Source: Eledone cirrhosa (Eukaryota). Taken from it: a stretch of DNA of 64,000 bases. The notes below the pieces were generated by a model that was not told the origin of the DNA, did no database searches, and saw only the letters and a list, made by a program, of their open reading frames with translations. Below are positions 53,547-64,000 of the stretch, in pieces. A program made the translations under genes and the position numbers. Where the stretch lies: the NCBI GenBank assembly GCA_964016885.1, contig OZ024754.1:10106001-10170000 (forward strand). Direction: 5' to 3'. The number at the start of each line of letters is the position of its first letter. Positions within the stretch are counted from its first letter, which is position 1.

Positions 53547-54282
53547 TTAACCCTTTAGCATTTACATTTCTCTATGTATACTATTGTATCTTCACAGAAA
53601 AGGCTTTATCCTACATAATCTCGAATCTATGATTTTGATATTATTTATTTTGAGAACAATACCTTAATGTCAGTATGAGTGGCTGGTTATGACCAGTTTG
53701 AACAGAAAGCTGTGAGAGAATTCTGGCTGGATATGGCTGGTTGAAATGCTAAAGGGTTAACGCGTGTTAATGTATTGTTCTCAAAATGAATATCAAAATC
53801 TCATAGATTTGATATTATGTGAGGTAAAGCCTTTACCATGAAAATATATTAGTATATGTAGAGTAATGTAAATGTTATGTGAGATATTATGTGAGGTAAA
53901 ACCTTTACCATGAAAATATATTAGTATCATCATCACTGTTTTACATCCATTCTTCCATGCTAGCATGGGTTAGACAGGTTGTCCTGTTATGGGCCGTGTC
54001 TGGTCGGCTGACTATGCCTTGCTCATACAGGAACTGATTTTGGCTTGATTTCTACAGCTGGATGCCTTTCCTAACACCAACCTCATTTACAGTGAGTGCT
54101 GGGTGCTTTTTCCGTGGCGCCTACATGTCCACTTTACAGTGTGGGCTAGGTGCTTTTTTTGCCGTGGCACCTCCACGACCACCTTGCAGTGGGAGGGTGT
54201 GGGGGCATATTGTCTATATGCTTCAGCTTGTACCCATGGGAGGTCGGGTAGTATATATAGAGTAATGTAAATGTTAAAAGGT
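53547..54282. mobile_element. MITE plus partial MITE interrupted by a SINE fragment (53928-54200, -)
   Basis: TTAACCCTTTAGCATT...AATGCTAAAGGGTTAA at 53547-53760; further MITE blocks flank the SINE. Confidence 0.75.
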
Positions 54283-54624
54283 GAAAACAACCTCAGTCAT
54301 CTTATTAATAATGTATTTCATCAACTTCAGAATGATGACAAACAAAGTTGCTTTCATGGAGATTTGAACATAACAAGTCAGAACAAATACTGCCAGTACA
54401 ACACTTAAATGGATTATACCAGTTCCAATAACAACAATAATTCCAACATAGGCATAAGGCAAGAGGGGAGGAGGAGATTATTTGGTTACACTGATCTCAG
54501 TATTTAACTGGTATGACATCAATCCTAAAAGGACTAATGACAATGTTGGTCTCAGAATATAAAGAACTGACACAAATACACCACATCATTTCATCTGACA
54601 CTAGCAAATCTGCCAGAAATAATA

Positions 54625-55240
54625 ATTGTTTCTACTTTTGGCACAAGGCCAGCAATTATCCCAGTGTATTACTGGTACTTTATTTTATCAAGCCCGTAAG
54701 GATGAAAGGCAAAGTAAACCTCGGCGGGATTTGAACTCAGAATGACAAGGACTGTAACTCTATGCGTCAAAGCATGGCGTCCGACCCTCTACCGATACTG
54801 CCAATCCACCGCCCTTCATAATGATAATAATTGTTTCTACTTTAGGCACAAGGCCAGAAATTTTTGGGGGAAGGGAAGTCAATAAAATCAACCCCAGTGC
54901 ATTACTGGTGCTAATGGTTTCTGATTTAGGCAAAAGACCAATAATTTAGGGGAAGGGAAAAGTCAATTAAATTGATCCCAATGCATGCATTACTGGTAGC
55001 TTATTTTATTCATCCCTTAAGAATGAAAGGCAAAGCTAACCATGTCAGGATCTGAACTCAGATCGTAAAGGGATGTAACTATATGCTACAAAGCATGTTG
55101 GCCAATGCTCTACCAATACTGTCAATGGTTTCTAATCTAGGCAGAATCCAGCAATTTTGGGGGAGTGAGGAAAGTTGACTAAATCAACCCCAGGAGGATG
55201 AAAAGTGAACTTGACCTCAGCAGGGTTTGGACTCAAAGCT
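54625..55240 (-). mobile_element. Pile-up of about 4 Nin-like SINE copies
   Basis: Head-to-tail family blocks. Confidence 0.8.
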
Positions 55241-55587
55241 GGAAGATTCTAAAATATCAAACCTGGCTTCACTAACTTCCTGACATATTTGTTCCAATGA
55301 TTCTGATGAATGAATAAATAAATATAAAGCTTAAAAATAGGAGGTACTACATATATTTCCTACCCAACAGATGTATCCAACACCACCACCCCTATCCACC
55401 ATCACCACCACCATCACCACCACCACCACGACTACCCCCCCCCCCCCATCCACCATCACCACCATCGCCTCTATAAACCTCCACCACCGCCGCCACCACC
55501 CCTATCCACCATCACCACCTCTATCCACCCCCCTATCTGCCACCACCACCACCATCACTACCACCACCTCTATCCATCACCCGATCA

Positions 55588-56748
55588 CCACACCATTTAC
55601 CCTACCTATACCACTATAACAAGTATTGATGGTATACCACACCATTTACCCTACCTATACCACTGTAACAAGTATTGGTGGTATACCACACCATTTACCC
55701 TACCTATACCACTATAACAAGTATCGATGGTATACCACACCATTTACCCTACCTATACCACTGTAACAAGTATTGGTGGTATACCACACCATTTACCCTA
55801 CCTATACCACTGTAACAAGTATTGGTGGTATACCACACCATTTACCCTACCTATACCACTATAACAAGTATTGATGGTATACCACACCATTTACCCTACC
55901 TATACCACTATAACAAGTATCGATGGTATACCACACCATTTACCCTACCTATACCACTGTAACAAGTATTGGTGGTATACCACACCATTTACCCTACCTA
56001 TACCACTGTAACAAGTATTGATGGTATACCACACCATTTACCCTACCTATACCACTGTAACAAGTATTGATGGTATACCACACCATTTACCCTACCTATA
56101 CCACTGTAACAAGTATTGATGGTATACCACACCATTTACCCTATTTATACCACTGTAACAAGTATTGATGGTATACCACACCATTTACCCTACCTATACC
56201 ACTGTAACAAGTATCAATGGTATACCACACCATTTACCCTACCTATACCACTGTAACAAGTATTGATGGTATACCACACCATTTACCCTACCTATACCAC
56301 TGTAACAAGTATCAATGGTATACCACACCATTTACCCTACCTATACCACTATAACAAGTATCAATGGTATACCACACCATTTACCCTACCTATACCACTG
56401 TAACAAGTATTGGTGGTATACCACACCATTTACCCTACCTATACCACTGTAACAAGTATCAATGGTATACCACACCATTTACCCTACCTATACCACTGTA
56501 ACAAGTATTGGTGGTATACCACACCATTTACCCTATTTATACCACTGTAACAAGTATTGATGGTATACCACACCATTTACCCTACCTATACCACTGTAAC
56601 AAGTATTGGTGGTATACCACACCATTTACCCTACCTATACCACGGTAACAAGTATCAATGGTATACCACACCATTTACCCTACCTATACCACTGTAACAA
56701 GTATTGGTGGTATACCACACCATTTACCCTACCTATACCACTGTAACA
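55588..56748. repeat. 49-bp minisatellite, about 23-24 copies
   Basis: ACCACACCATTTACCCTACCTATACCACTGTAACAAGTATTGATGGTAT. Confidence 0.95.
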
Positions 56749-57694
56749 GACATTGTTGAGGTCGGGATGAGATGCAATGCTAAATCACAAGATCTTTAAA
56801 AAGATTAAAAAATGGCCCATTTTTGTTTGTTTGTTTGTTTGTTGGAAATGTGGGAGAGGGTCAAATGACTAATTACTGTAAGAGAGGAAGATAAACATTT
56901 CAAGAGTGTTTAGAGCAGTAATTGATGTGTTAAGAAAAATATGAATTCTTTCTGGGCAGCTTGTCATCATTAAATAGGTGCATATATTTACTGATCATGC
57001 TGAACACATTTAGTATGACAAGGAAACAAGCTTAGTCACTTCAATAGCCATTCAATCAAGGTTGGTGATTTGGTTAAACACAGGGTAATATACACACACA
57101 GAGAAGCCAGTCAAATGGACTGTTTGGCAGATCAATATAAGTATCATAAGATGTGTGTATGTGAGTGTGAGTATGTGATCAGCCATCAATGACCAACACT
57201 CTTTCAATTGAACCATAACAACATGAGCTATGAGGTAGAAGGCAAGTTGAAGACAAGCAAAATAAGTTCACTAAATTACTAACACGGTGCCAAATAAAAG
57301 ATTTGGAACAAACATGGGTATTATTAGTATAGACAAGAAATGTCTTTTTTTTTCACCACTCTTCCCTATCTGTCTCTCACCCAAGCCATTTATCTATTAT
57401 TCTATCTTTCAAATATATAACTACCTATCAACCAATCAATAGTAGATAACCATATTCAAATTTGTTAAACCATATAACTGCTTCTCTCTCTCTTTTCTTC
57501 CTCAAACGCTATTCATTCAATTTGAACTGAACTTTGTGTGTGACTAAAGAAACAGACTCGTTAGCTCATACAGGTTAGAGTTTCGGGTCAACAGCGAAAA
57601 AAACAGAAATCTAGAATGGTTTATACTTTTCTATCTACATAATAGTCAACACAACATCAATATAGTAGGAAATAACTGGAGTCTGATAGAAGTG

Positions 57695-58370
57695 AAGGTA
57701 CATAGCTTAGTGGTTAGAGCATTGGGCTTGCAATTGTGAAGTTGTGAGTTTGATTCTTCGACCAGGTGATGTGTTATGTCCTTCAACAAGATACTTTATT
57801 TCATGTTGCTCCAGAGTACTCAGCTGTAGAAATGAGTTGTGACGTCACTGATACTAAACTGTATCGACCATTGCCCTTCCCTTGGACAATATCATATATA
57901 ATGTATATATAGTGTATATATCAGTTGTGATGTCACTGATGCCAAGCTGTATTGGCCATTGCCTTTCCCTTGGACATCATATTTAGTGTATATATAATGT
58001 ATATATATAGTGTATATATAGTGTATATACAATATATATCAGTTGTGATGTCACTGATGCCAAGCTGTATCAGCCATTGCCTTTCCCTTGGACATCATAT
58101 TTAGTGTATATATAATGTATATATATAGTGTATATATATAGTGTATATATATAGTGTATATATATAGTGTATATATCGTGTATATACAATATATATCAGT
58201 TGTGATGTCACTGATGCCAAGCTGTATCAGCCATTGCCTTTCCCTCGGACAACATCGGTGGCATGGAGAAAGGAGACTGGTATGGATGGACGACTGCTGG
58301 TCTCTACAAACAACCTTGCCCGGACATGTGCCTCGGAGGGAACTTCCTATGTGTAAATCCCATGGTCATG
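57695..58370 (+). mobile_element. tRNA/CORE SINE with an internal segment repeated 4 times between TA-rich linkers
   Basis: AGTTGTGATGTCACTGATGCCAAGCTGTAT...CCCTTGGACA at about 57835, 57923, 58041, 58198. Confidence 0.8.
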
Positions 58371-58617
58371 TGTTTACCCTTATTTTTACTTTGATAGAAG
58401 AGGAAGTGATTCCTCCTCCTCATCCATGGGTCTGTCTTGTCACTTTTTACTGGCCATCTTCAATAATTGGCTGCACTGCTCTCCCTTTTCATCTCTAACT
58501 CTCCAACCTTATTAACTCACTTCTTGTTCCTTCTCTAATGAAGTTCATTACCCAATATTTTAGAATCTATATTTCCTTATGGCACAGACTTTATTATATA
58601 TTTAGTGAAAAAGGACA

Positions 58618-58943
58618 GCGGATTGGCAGAATCTGAGTTCAAATCCTGCCGAGGTTAGCTTTGCTTTTCATCCTTACATGGTTTATAAAATAAAGTACCA
58701 GTAATGCACTGGCATCGATAAAATAAAGTACCAGTAATGCACTGGGATCGATAAAATAAAGTACCAGTAATGCACTGGGATCGATAAAATAAAGTACCAG
58801 TAATGCACTGGCATCGATAAAATAAAGTACCAGTAATGCACTGGGATCGATAAAATAAAGTACCAGTAATGCACTGGCGTCGATTTATTCAACTTTCCTC
58901 CCTTTCCTTAAAATTGCTGGCCTTGTGCCTAAATCAGAAACCA
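58618..58943 (+). mobile_element. Nin-like SINE with internal 33-bp array (about 6 copies)
   Basis: TCGATAAAATAAAGTACCAGTAATGCACTGGGA units over 58684-58884. Confidence 0.88.
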
Positions 58944-59424
58944 ATATATTTAGCGAACTACATCAATATATAACAGGCACACATCAACACCACCACCACA
59001 ACAACAACAACAACCACCACAACAACATACTGTTAATACACATTAACACACATATAACTTTAACACACGCCATTACGTTGCGATGCTAATGTCTACCACA
59101 TACTGCTTTCATCACCATTTAGTACCAAACCCTATTACTGCTACCACTACCGCCACATAATACGGTCAGACCACTGACCAACAACTCACAGCTCTAAATA
59201 ATTTAAATGAATGATGCTAGTCATCTATTTCAGTGTGTGTGTTGTGTGTGTGTGTGTGTTTCATGTAATAACATATGTATGTGTATGTGAGCTTTGTGTG
59301 TGCATTTGTATGTGTGGTTAAGTTTATATATTTGTGTGTGTTGACAGAGAGTGCGGATGTGTGAGCTAAGTTATCAATCTGCACGCATCACATACACTAA
59401 CACACACACACATACACATACACA

Positions 59425-59806
59425 CAGAGATGGAGGGGGAGATATATAAAGGAGGGGAGAAAGATAGCGAGAGGAGGGGAGAAAGATAGCGAGAGGAGGG
59501 GAGAAAGATAGCGAGAGGAGGGGAGAGAGACAGAGAGGAGTGAGCAAGGGGGGGAGAGAGACAGAGAGGAGTGAGCAAGTGAGAGTGAGAGAGAGAGCAG
59601 GAGAGTGAGAGAGAGAGCAGGAGAGAGAGAGAGAGAGCGAGAGAGAGAGAAGAGAGCGAGAGAGTGAGAAGAGAGAGAGAGAGCGAGAAGAGAGAGAGCG
59701 AGCGAGAAGAGAGAGAGAGAGAGCGAGAAGAGAGAGTGAGAAGTGAGAGAGTGAGAGAGAGAGAGCGAGAGAGAGAGAGAGCGAGAGAGAGAGAGAGCGA
59801 GAGAGC

Positions 59807-59838
<32 letters not shown>

Positions 59839-60460
59839 GAGCGAGAGAGAGAGTGAGAAGTGAGAAAGAGTGAGAAAGAGTGAGAAGTGAGAAAGAGTGA
59901 GAAAGAGTGAGAAGTGAGAAAGAGTGAGAAGTGAGAGAGAGTGAGAAGTGAGAGAGAGTGAGAAGTGAGAGAGAGTGAGAAGTGAGAGAGAGAGAGAGCA
60001 AGTGAGAGAGAGAGAGAGCAAGTGAGAGAGAGAGAGAGCAAGTGAGAGAGAGAGAGTGAGAAAGAGTGAGTAGTGAGAGAGAGTGAGAAGTGAGAGAGAG
60101 AGAGAAAGTGAGAGAGAGAGCAAGTGAGAGAGAGAGAGAGCGAGAGAGAGTGAGAAGTGAGAGAGAGCAAGTGAGAGAGAGAGAGAGAGCAAGTGAGAGA
60201 GAGAGAGAGAGCAAATGAGAGAGTGAGAAGTGAGAGCGATAGAGAGCAAGTGAGAGCGATAGAGAGCAAGTGAGAGAGATAGAGAGCAAGTGAGAGAGAG
60301 AGAGAGCAAGTGAGAGATAGAGAGCAAGTGAGAGAGATAGAGAGCAAGTGAGAGAGATAGAGAGCAAGTGAGAGAGATAGAGAGCAAGTGAGAGAGAGCG
60401 CGACAGAATGAGTTAAAGAGAGAGAGAGCGCGAGAGAGAGAGAGCGCGAGAGAGAGAGAA
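59425..60460. repeat. (GA)n compound repeat
   Basis: GAGAGCAAGT and GAGTGAGAAGT units. Confidence 0.92.
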
Positions 60461-61221
60461 AGCCAAGGTTGGGGATATTGTGATCTCTAGCAATGGTGAT
60501 TATTAGAGCAGTGATGATCAAGCTTCAGTTAACAAGCAATTGGCAGAAATTTCAAAACATAAAAGGCCACCTGACCATTTCAAAGTTGGATGGAGAAACC
60601 TAATCAATTCAATATTAGCCTGTTTTAATATATTTTATTCTTTAGAAATTAGCAGGATAGATAAAGAAAATAGGGGGCGAGGCGAGGTGAGGCGAGGGGG
60701 TGGGGTAGGGTGATGAGGTGGGGGTTGATGTCCTCCAGGATGTTCTTTGTTTTTCCTCATCCAGCTTTTCAACACCAACTGTTGAAGAATATGGTGTGGA
60801 AATTAATAGAATGATGTATTTGGAATCGATATGGAGGAGGGAGAGGTGAGAGGTGAGAGTGACATGTAGAGTAAAATTAAAGATTGTTCGGTGAGGGATG
60901 GCTGAGAGGAGGTGAGGGATGGCTGAGAGGAGGAGGGGGAGGGGGAGGTTAGGTGTGTGTGGAGGTGAGGGGTGGGAGGAGGGGGTTGAGTTGAGAAAAT
61001 CAATCTCACTACTTTTGCTGCTATTTAATTTATTAGTCTTACAAACATAAAAGGTAAAGTTGCCCTCCACTCCGTCCAACCCCACCCAAGCAATATTTGA
61101 ATTTGAAACAAGTGAGTTGCTAAGTTTAGAGTTGAGAAAGATTTTCTAAATTTAATTTTGTTTCATTCAAAAATGGCTTCTTTTTTAAAAAAAAAAAAAA
61201 AAAATATTTTGACATCGTTCT

Positions 61222-62432
61222 GATTGATCGACAAGATCCAAGACCTCATCATCCGTTTGCCGAGTGGGGTGGACCTCATCATCCGTTTGCCGAGTGGGGT
61301 GGACCTCATCATCCGTTTGCCGAGTGGGGTGGACCTCATCATCCGTTTGCCGAGTGGGGTGGACCTCATCAAATTGGACCGAGGAAATAATGTTTCTATT
61401 GGTCTTTCCATTGGTGATACCATCCAGTGGTGATACCATCCATTGGTGATACCATCCATTGGTGATACCATCCAACGGTGATACCATCCAATGGTGATAC
61501 CATCCATTGGTGATACCATCCATTGGTGATACCATCCATTGGTGATACCATCCATTGGTGATACCATCCAATGGTGATACCATCCAATGGTGATACCATC
61601 CATTGGTGATACCATCCATTGGTGATACCATCCAATGGTGATACCATCCAATGGTGATACCATCCAATGGTGATACCATCCATTGGTGATACCATCCAAT
61701 GGTGATACCATCCAATGGTGATACCATCCATTGGTGATACCATCCATTGGTGATACCATCCATTGGTGATACCATCCAATAGTGATACCATCCAATGGTG
61801 ATACCATCCAATGGTGATACCATCCAATGGTGATACCATCCATTGGTGATACCATCCATTGGTGATACCATCCAATGGTGATACCATCCAATGGTGATAC
61901 CATCCATTGGTGATACCATCCATTGGTGATACCATCCAATGGTGATACCATCCATTGGTGATACCATCCATTGGTGATACCATCCAATGGTGATACCATC
62001 CATTGGTGATACCATCCAATAGTGATACCATCCATTGGTGATACCATCCAATGGTGATACCATCCATTGGTGATACCATCCAATGGTTATACCATCCAAT
62101 GGTGATACCATCCATTGGTGATACCATCCATTGGTGATACCATCCATTGGTGATACCATCCATTGGTGATACCATCCAATGGTGATACCATCCATTGGTG
62201 ATACCATCCAACGGTGATACCATCCATTGGTGATACCATCCAATGGTGATACCATCCATTGGTGATACCATCCAATGGTGATACCATCCAATGGTTGCAA
62301 CTCCTGGCAGAAGATGCAACGTGAAATAAAGTGCCTTGCTCAAGGACACAACACATCAACAGGTCTGAGAATTGAACTTGCAACCTCACAATTGCAAATC
62401 CAACTCTGTAACCACTCAACCATGCACCTCCA
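61222..62432 (-). mobile_element. tRNA/CORE SINE with 30-bp (4 copies) and 16-bp (55 copies) internal arrays
   Basis: Colinear with 34497-34745; arrays at 61242-61370 and 61408-62294. Confidence 0.88.
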
Positions 62433-62569
62433 CCATTTGAGATGATAATTGCCAATTTTTGGTTGTTAACAGAAAACAATGAAGATAAATAATTATAAGC
62501 AGGAAAAAAAAAAGAAGAAAGAATGCAAAGAGGGAAATTTGGAGAGCAAGTAAAGAATCACTGGACAGA

Positions 62570-62680
62570 TTTTGGGGATCCAGCCGGATCAGTTGGAAAT
62601 GATTGATTCTTACAAGACCCACTGGAAGGAGTGTTTGAGGACTCTGCCCCCACAACCCTCTTAGGAAGAAGAAGAAATAG
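62570..62680 (+). mobile_element. RTE-like 3' fragment, family of 46072-46235
   Basis: GATCCAGCCGGATCAGTTGG...GGAGTGTTTGAGGACTC...(AAG)n. Confidence 0.6.
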
Positions 62681-63582
62681 AAGGAATGTAGAGAAGGTTA
62701 GAGAGAGGACATTTAAGAGGGAGAAGAAGTTGGGTTACATAAGAGAGGGACAACTAAAAGGTAGCAATAACATTATAGATGAGATCATTCTATCACTAAT
62801 TACGAACGATTTGTGATTATCCTGATATAACTATCTTCTTCACCATGGCCCACACAGCATCACTTTACAGTGCTGAAATGTACTGATGACTGGCAGACCA
62901 AGACAAGAACAGGACAAAGCTGGTTCTGAGTCAACCAGATGAGATCATTGATGACCTTAATGACACTAGAAATGAGATGGTGCAGCCAATCTCTCTGGAC
63001 CATTGGACATCAACTTGATAATAGAATCTACTTCAGGTGACCTTTACAAAATGAAACGGGTCATTGATTAATGTTAAAAGTGAAGAAATGGGAGATTGGA
63101 CATCGTAGAAGTATTACATCATCAGGAGAACTGATTGTATTTAAGAGAAATGTTAAAATGTTAGAATAAACCAACTACAGTGAAACCTCAGGTCATGAAC
63201 TTAATTCATTCCTGGAGGCTATTTGTCATCCGAAATGTTTGTAAAGCAAAACTATTTTTCCCATATGAAATGTTGAGAGAGAAATACAGTGAGCGAGAGA
63301 GAGAGTGACTGTGTGTGAGAGACAGATAAATATCACTAGAGTAACTAACTACACAGTAAGTGATGCTTTCCTGCTGATACTTCCAGCTTGTCACCAACCA
63401 TTATTGCCAGCTTGCATGTTTGTTACTCGAGACACTGTTCGTCATCTGAGACATTTTATATTTGGAAAAATTGTTCTATTAATGCAGATGATAAAAACAA
63501 ATATAAGGATTTCTAACAGAGGCCACAAGAACAGAAATTTAATGGGGAAGAGAAGAATATAAAGGAGGTCTAACTAAATATT

Positions 63583-63782
63583 CATTTCTAATTTAGGTAC
63601 AACACCAGCAAATTTTTTTTTTGGGGGGGGTGCAAAGTTGATTAAGTACTTGACTGGTACTGTATTTTATCAACCCTGGAAAAATTGAAAAGCAAAGTTG
63701 ACCTTGGCAGAATTTGAACTCAGAATTTAAAGAGCCCAGATAAATATTGCCTGGATAAATACCAATTCTGCCAATCCACTAC
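63583..63782 (-). mobile_element. Diverged Nin-like SINE
   Basis: CTGGTAC..TTTTATC, GCAAAGTTGACCTTGGC, ATTTGAACTCAG blocks. Confidence 0.7.
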
Positions 63783-64000
63783 CTAAATATTGCAAGGCTG
63801 TTGTACATATTTTGCCATTCCATCAAATATAATGAACTCATATGTTGAGAAACAAAGAAAGATATCAGATAATTCTCAATAATATAAATCTATTGATAGC
63901 TAACATTTATCAATGGATATAAGCCAATTCAATGAAAAATTTAAATTTTCCTATTGATACCACTCATTCCCAATCTCTCTCTCATTCTTAATTATCTGCC

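Noticed and set aside
52166-60521. Long HT- and SL-rich ORFs
   Set aside because: Dinucleotide repeat translations
60642-61085. 147-aa ORF or exon
   Set aside because: Low-complexity purine-rich sequence, no recognisable domain or convincing splice pair
61163-62479. 300-370 aa repetitive ORFs (MDGITIGWYHQW)
   Set aside because: A 16-bp stop-free unit inside a SINE cycles through all three frames
62877-62915. Hammerhead at CTGATGACTGGCAGACCAAGACAAG
   Set aside because: GAAA absent and no stem I or III pairing; CTGATGA at about 19652 and 55303 also lacks the fold

Overview
AT-rich, repeat-dense eukaryotic DNA, probably an octopod cephalopod (inferred from tRNA-derived CORE/Nin-type SINEs I recognise, not from a search). 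It looks intronic or intergenic, and I can support no host protein-coding gene. Nearly all ORF-track entries are microsatellite or minisatellite read-throughs. Real coding remnants are non-LTR retrotransposon 3' ends (R4/Dong RLE domain, RTE, Tx1/L1). Main signal: several families of fold-back (palindromic) elements sit next to (TA)n tracts. Most carry type I hammerhead ribozyme (HHR) motifs, including minimal forms, U.U at the base of stem II and a compensatory U3-A8 core. Several families also share an unexplained 3' tail hairpin (ACUC-stem-loop-UY-GAGU). These resemble Penelope-like element pseudo-LTR remnants or retrozyme-like non-autonomous elements. Second signal: SINE and MITE internal segments bounded by microhomology have repeatedly been amplified into minisatellites (47, 44, 48, 33, 30, 16 bp). 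Coordinates were counted by hand and may be off by a few bases.
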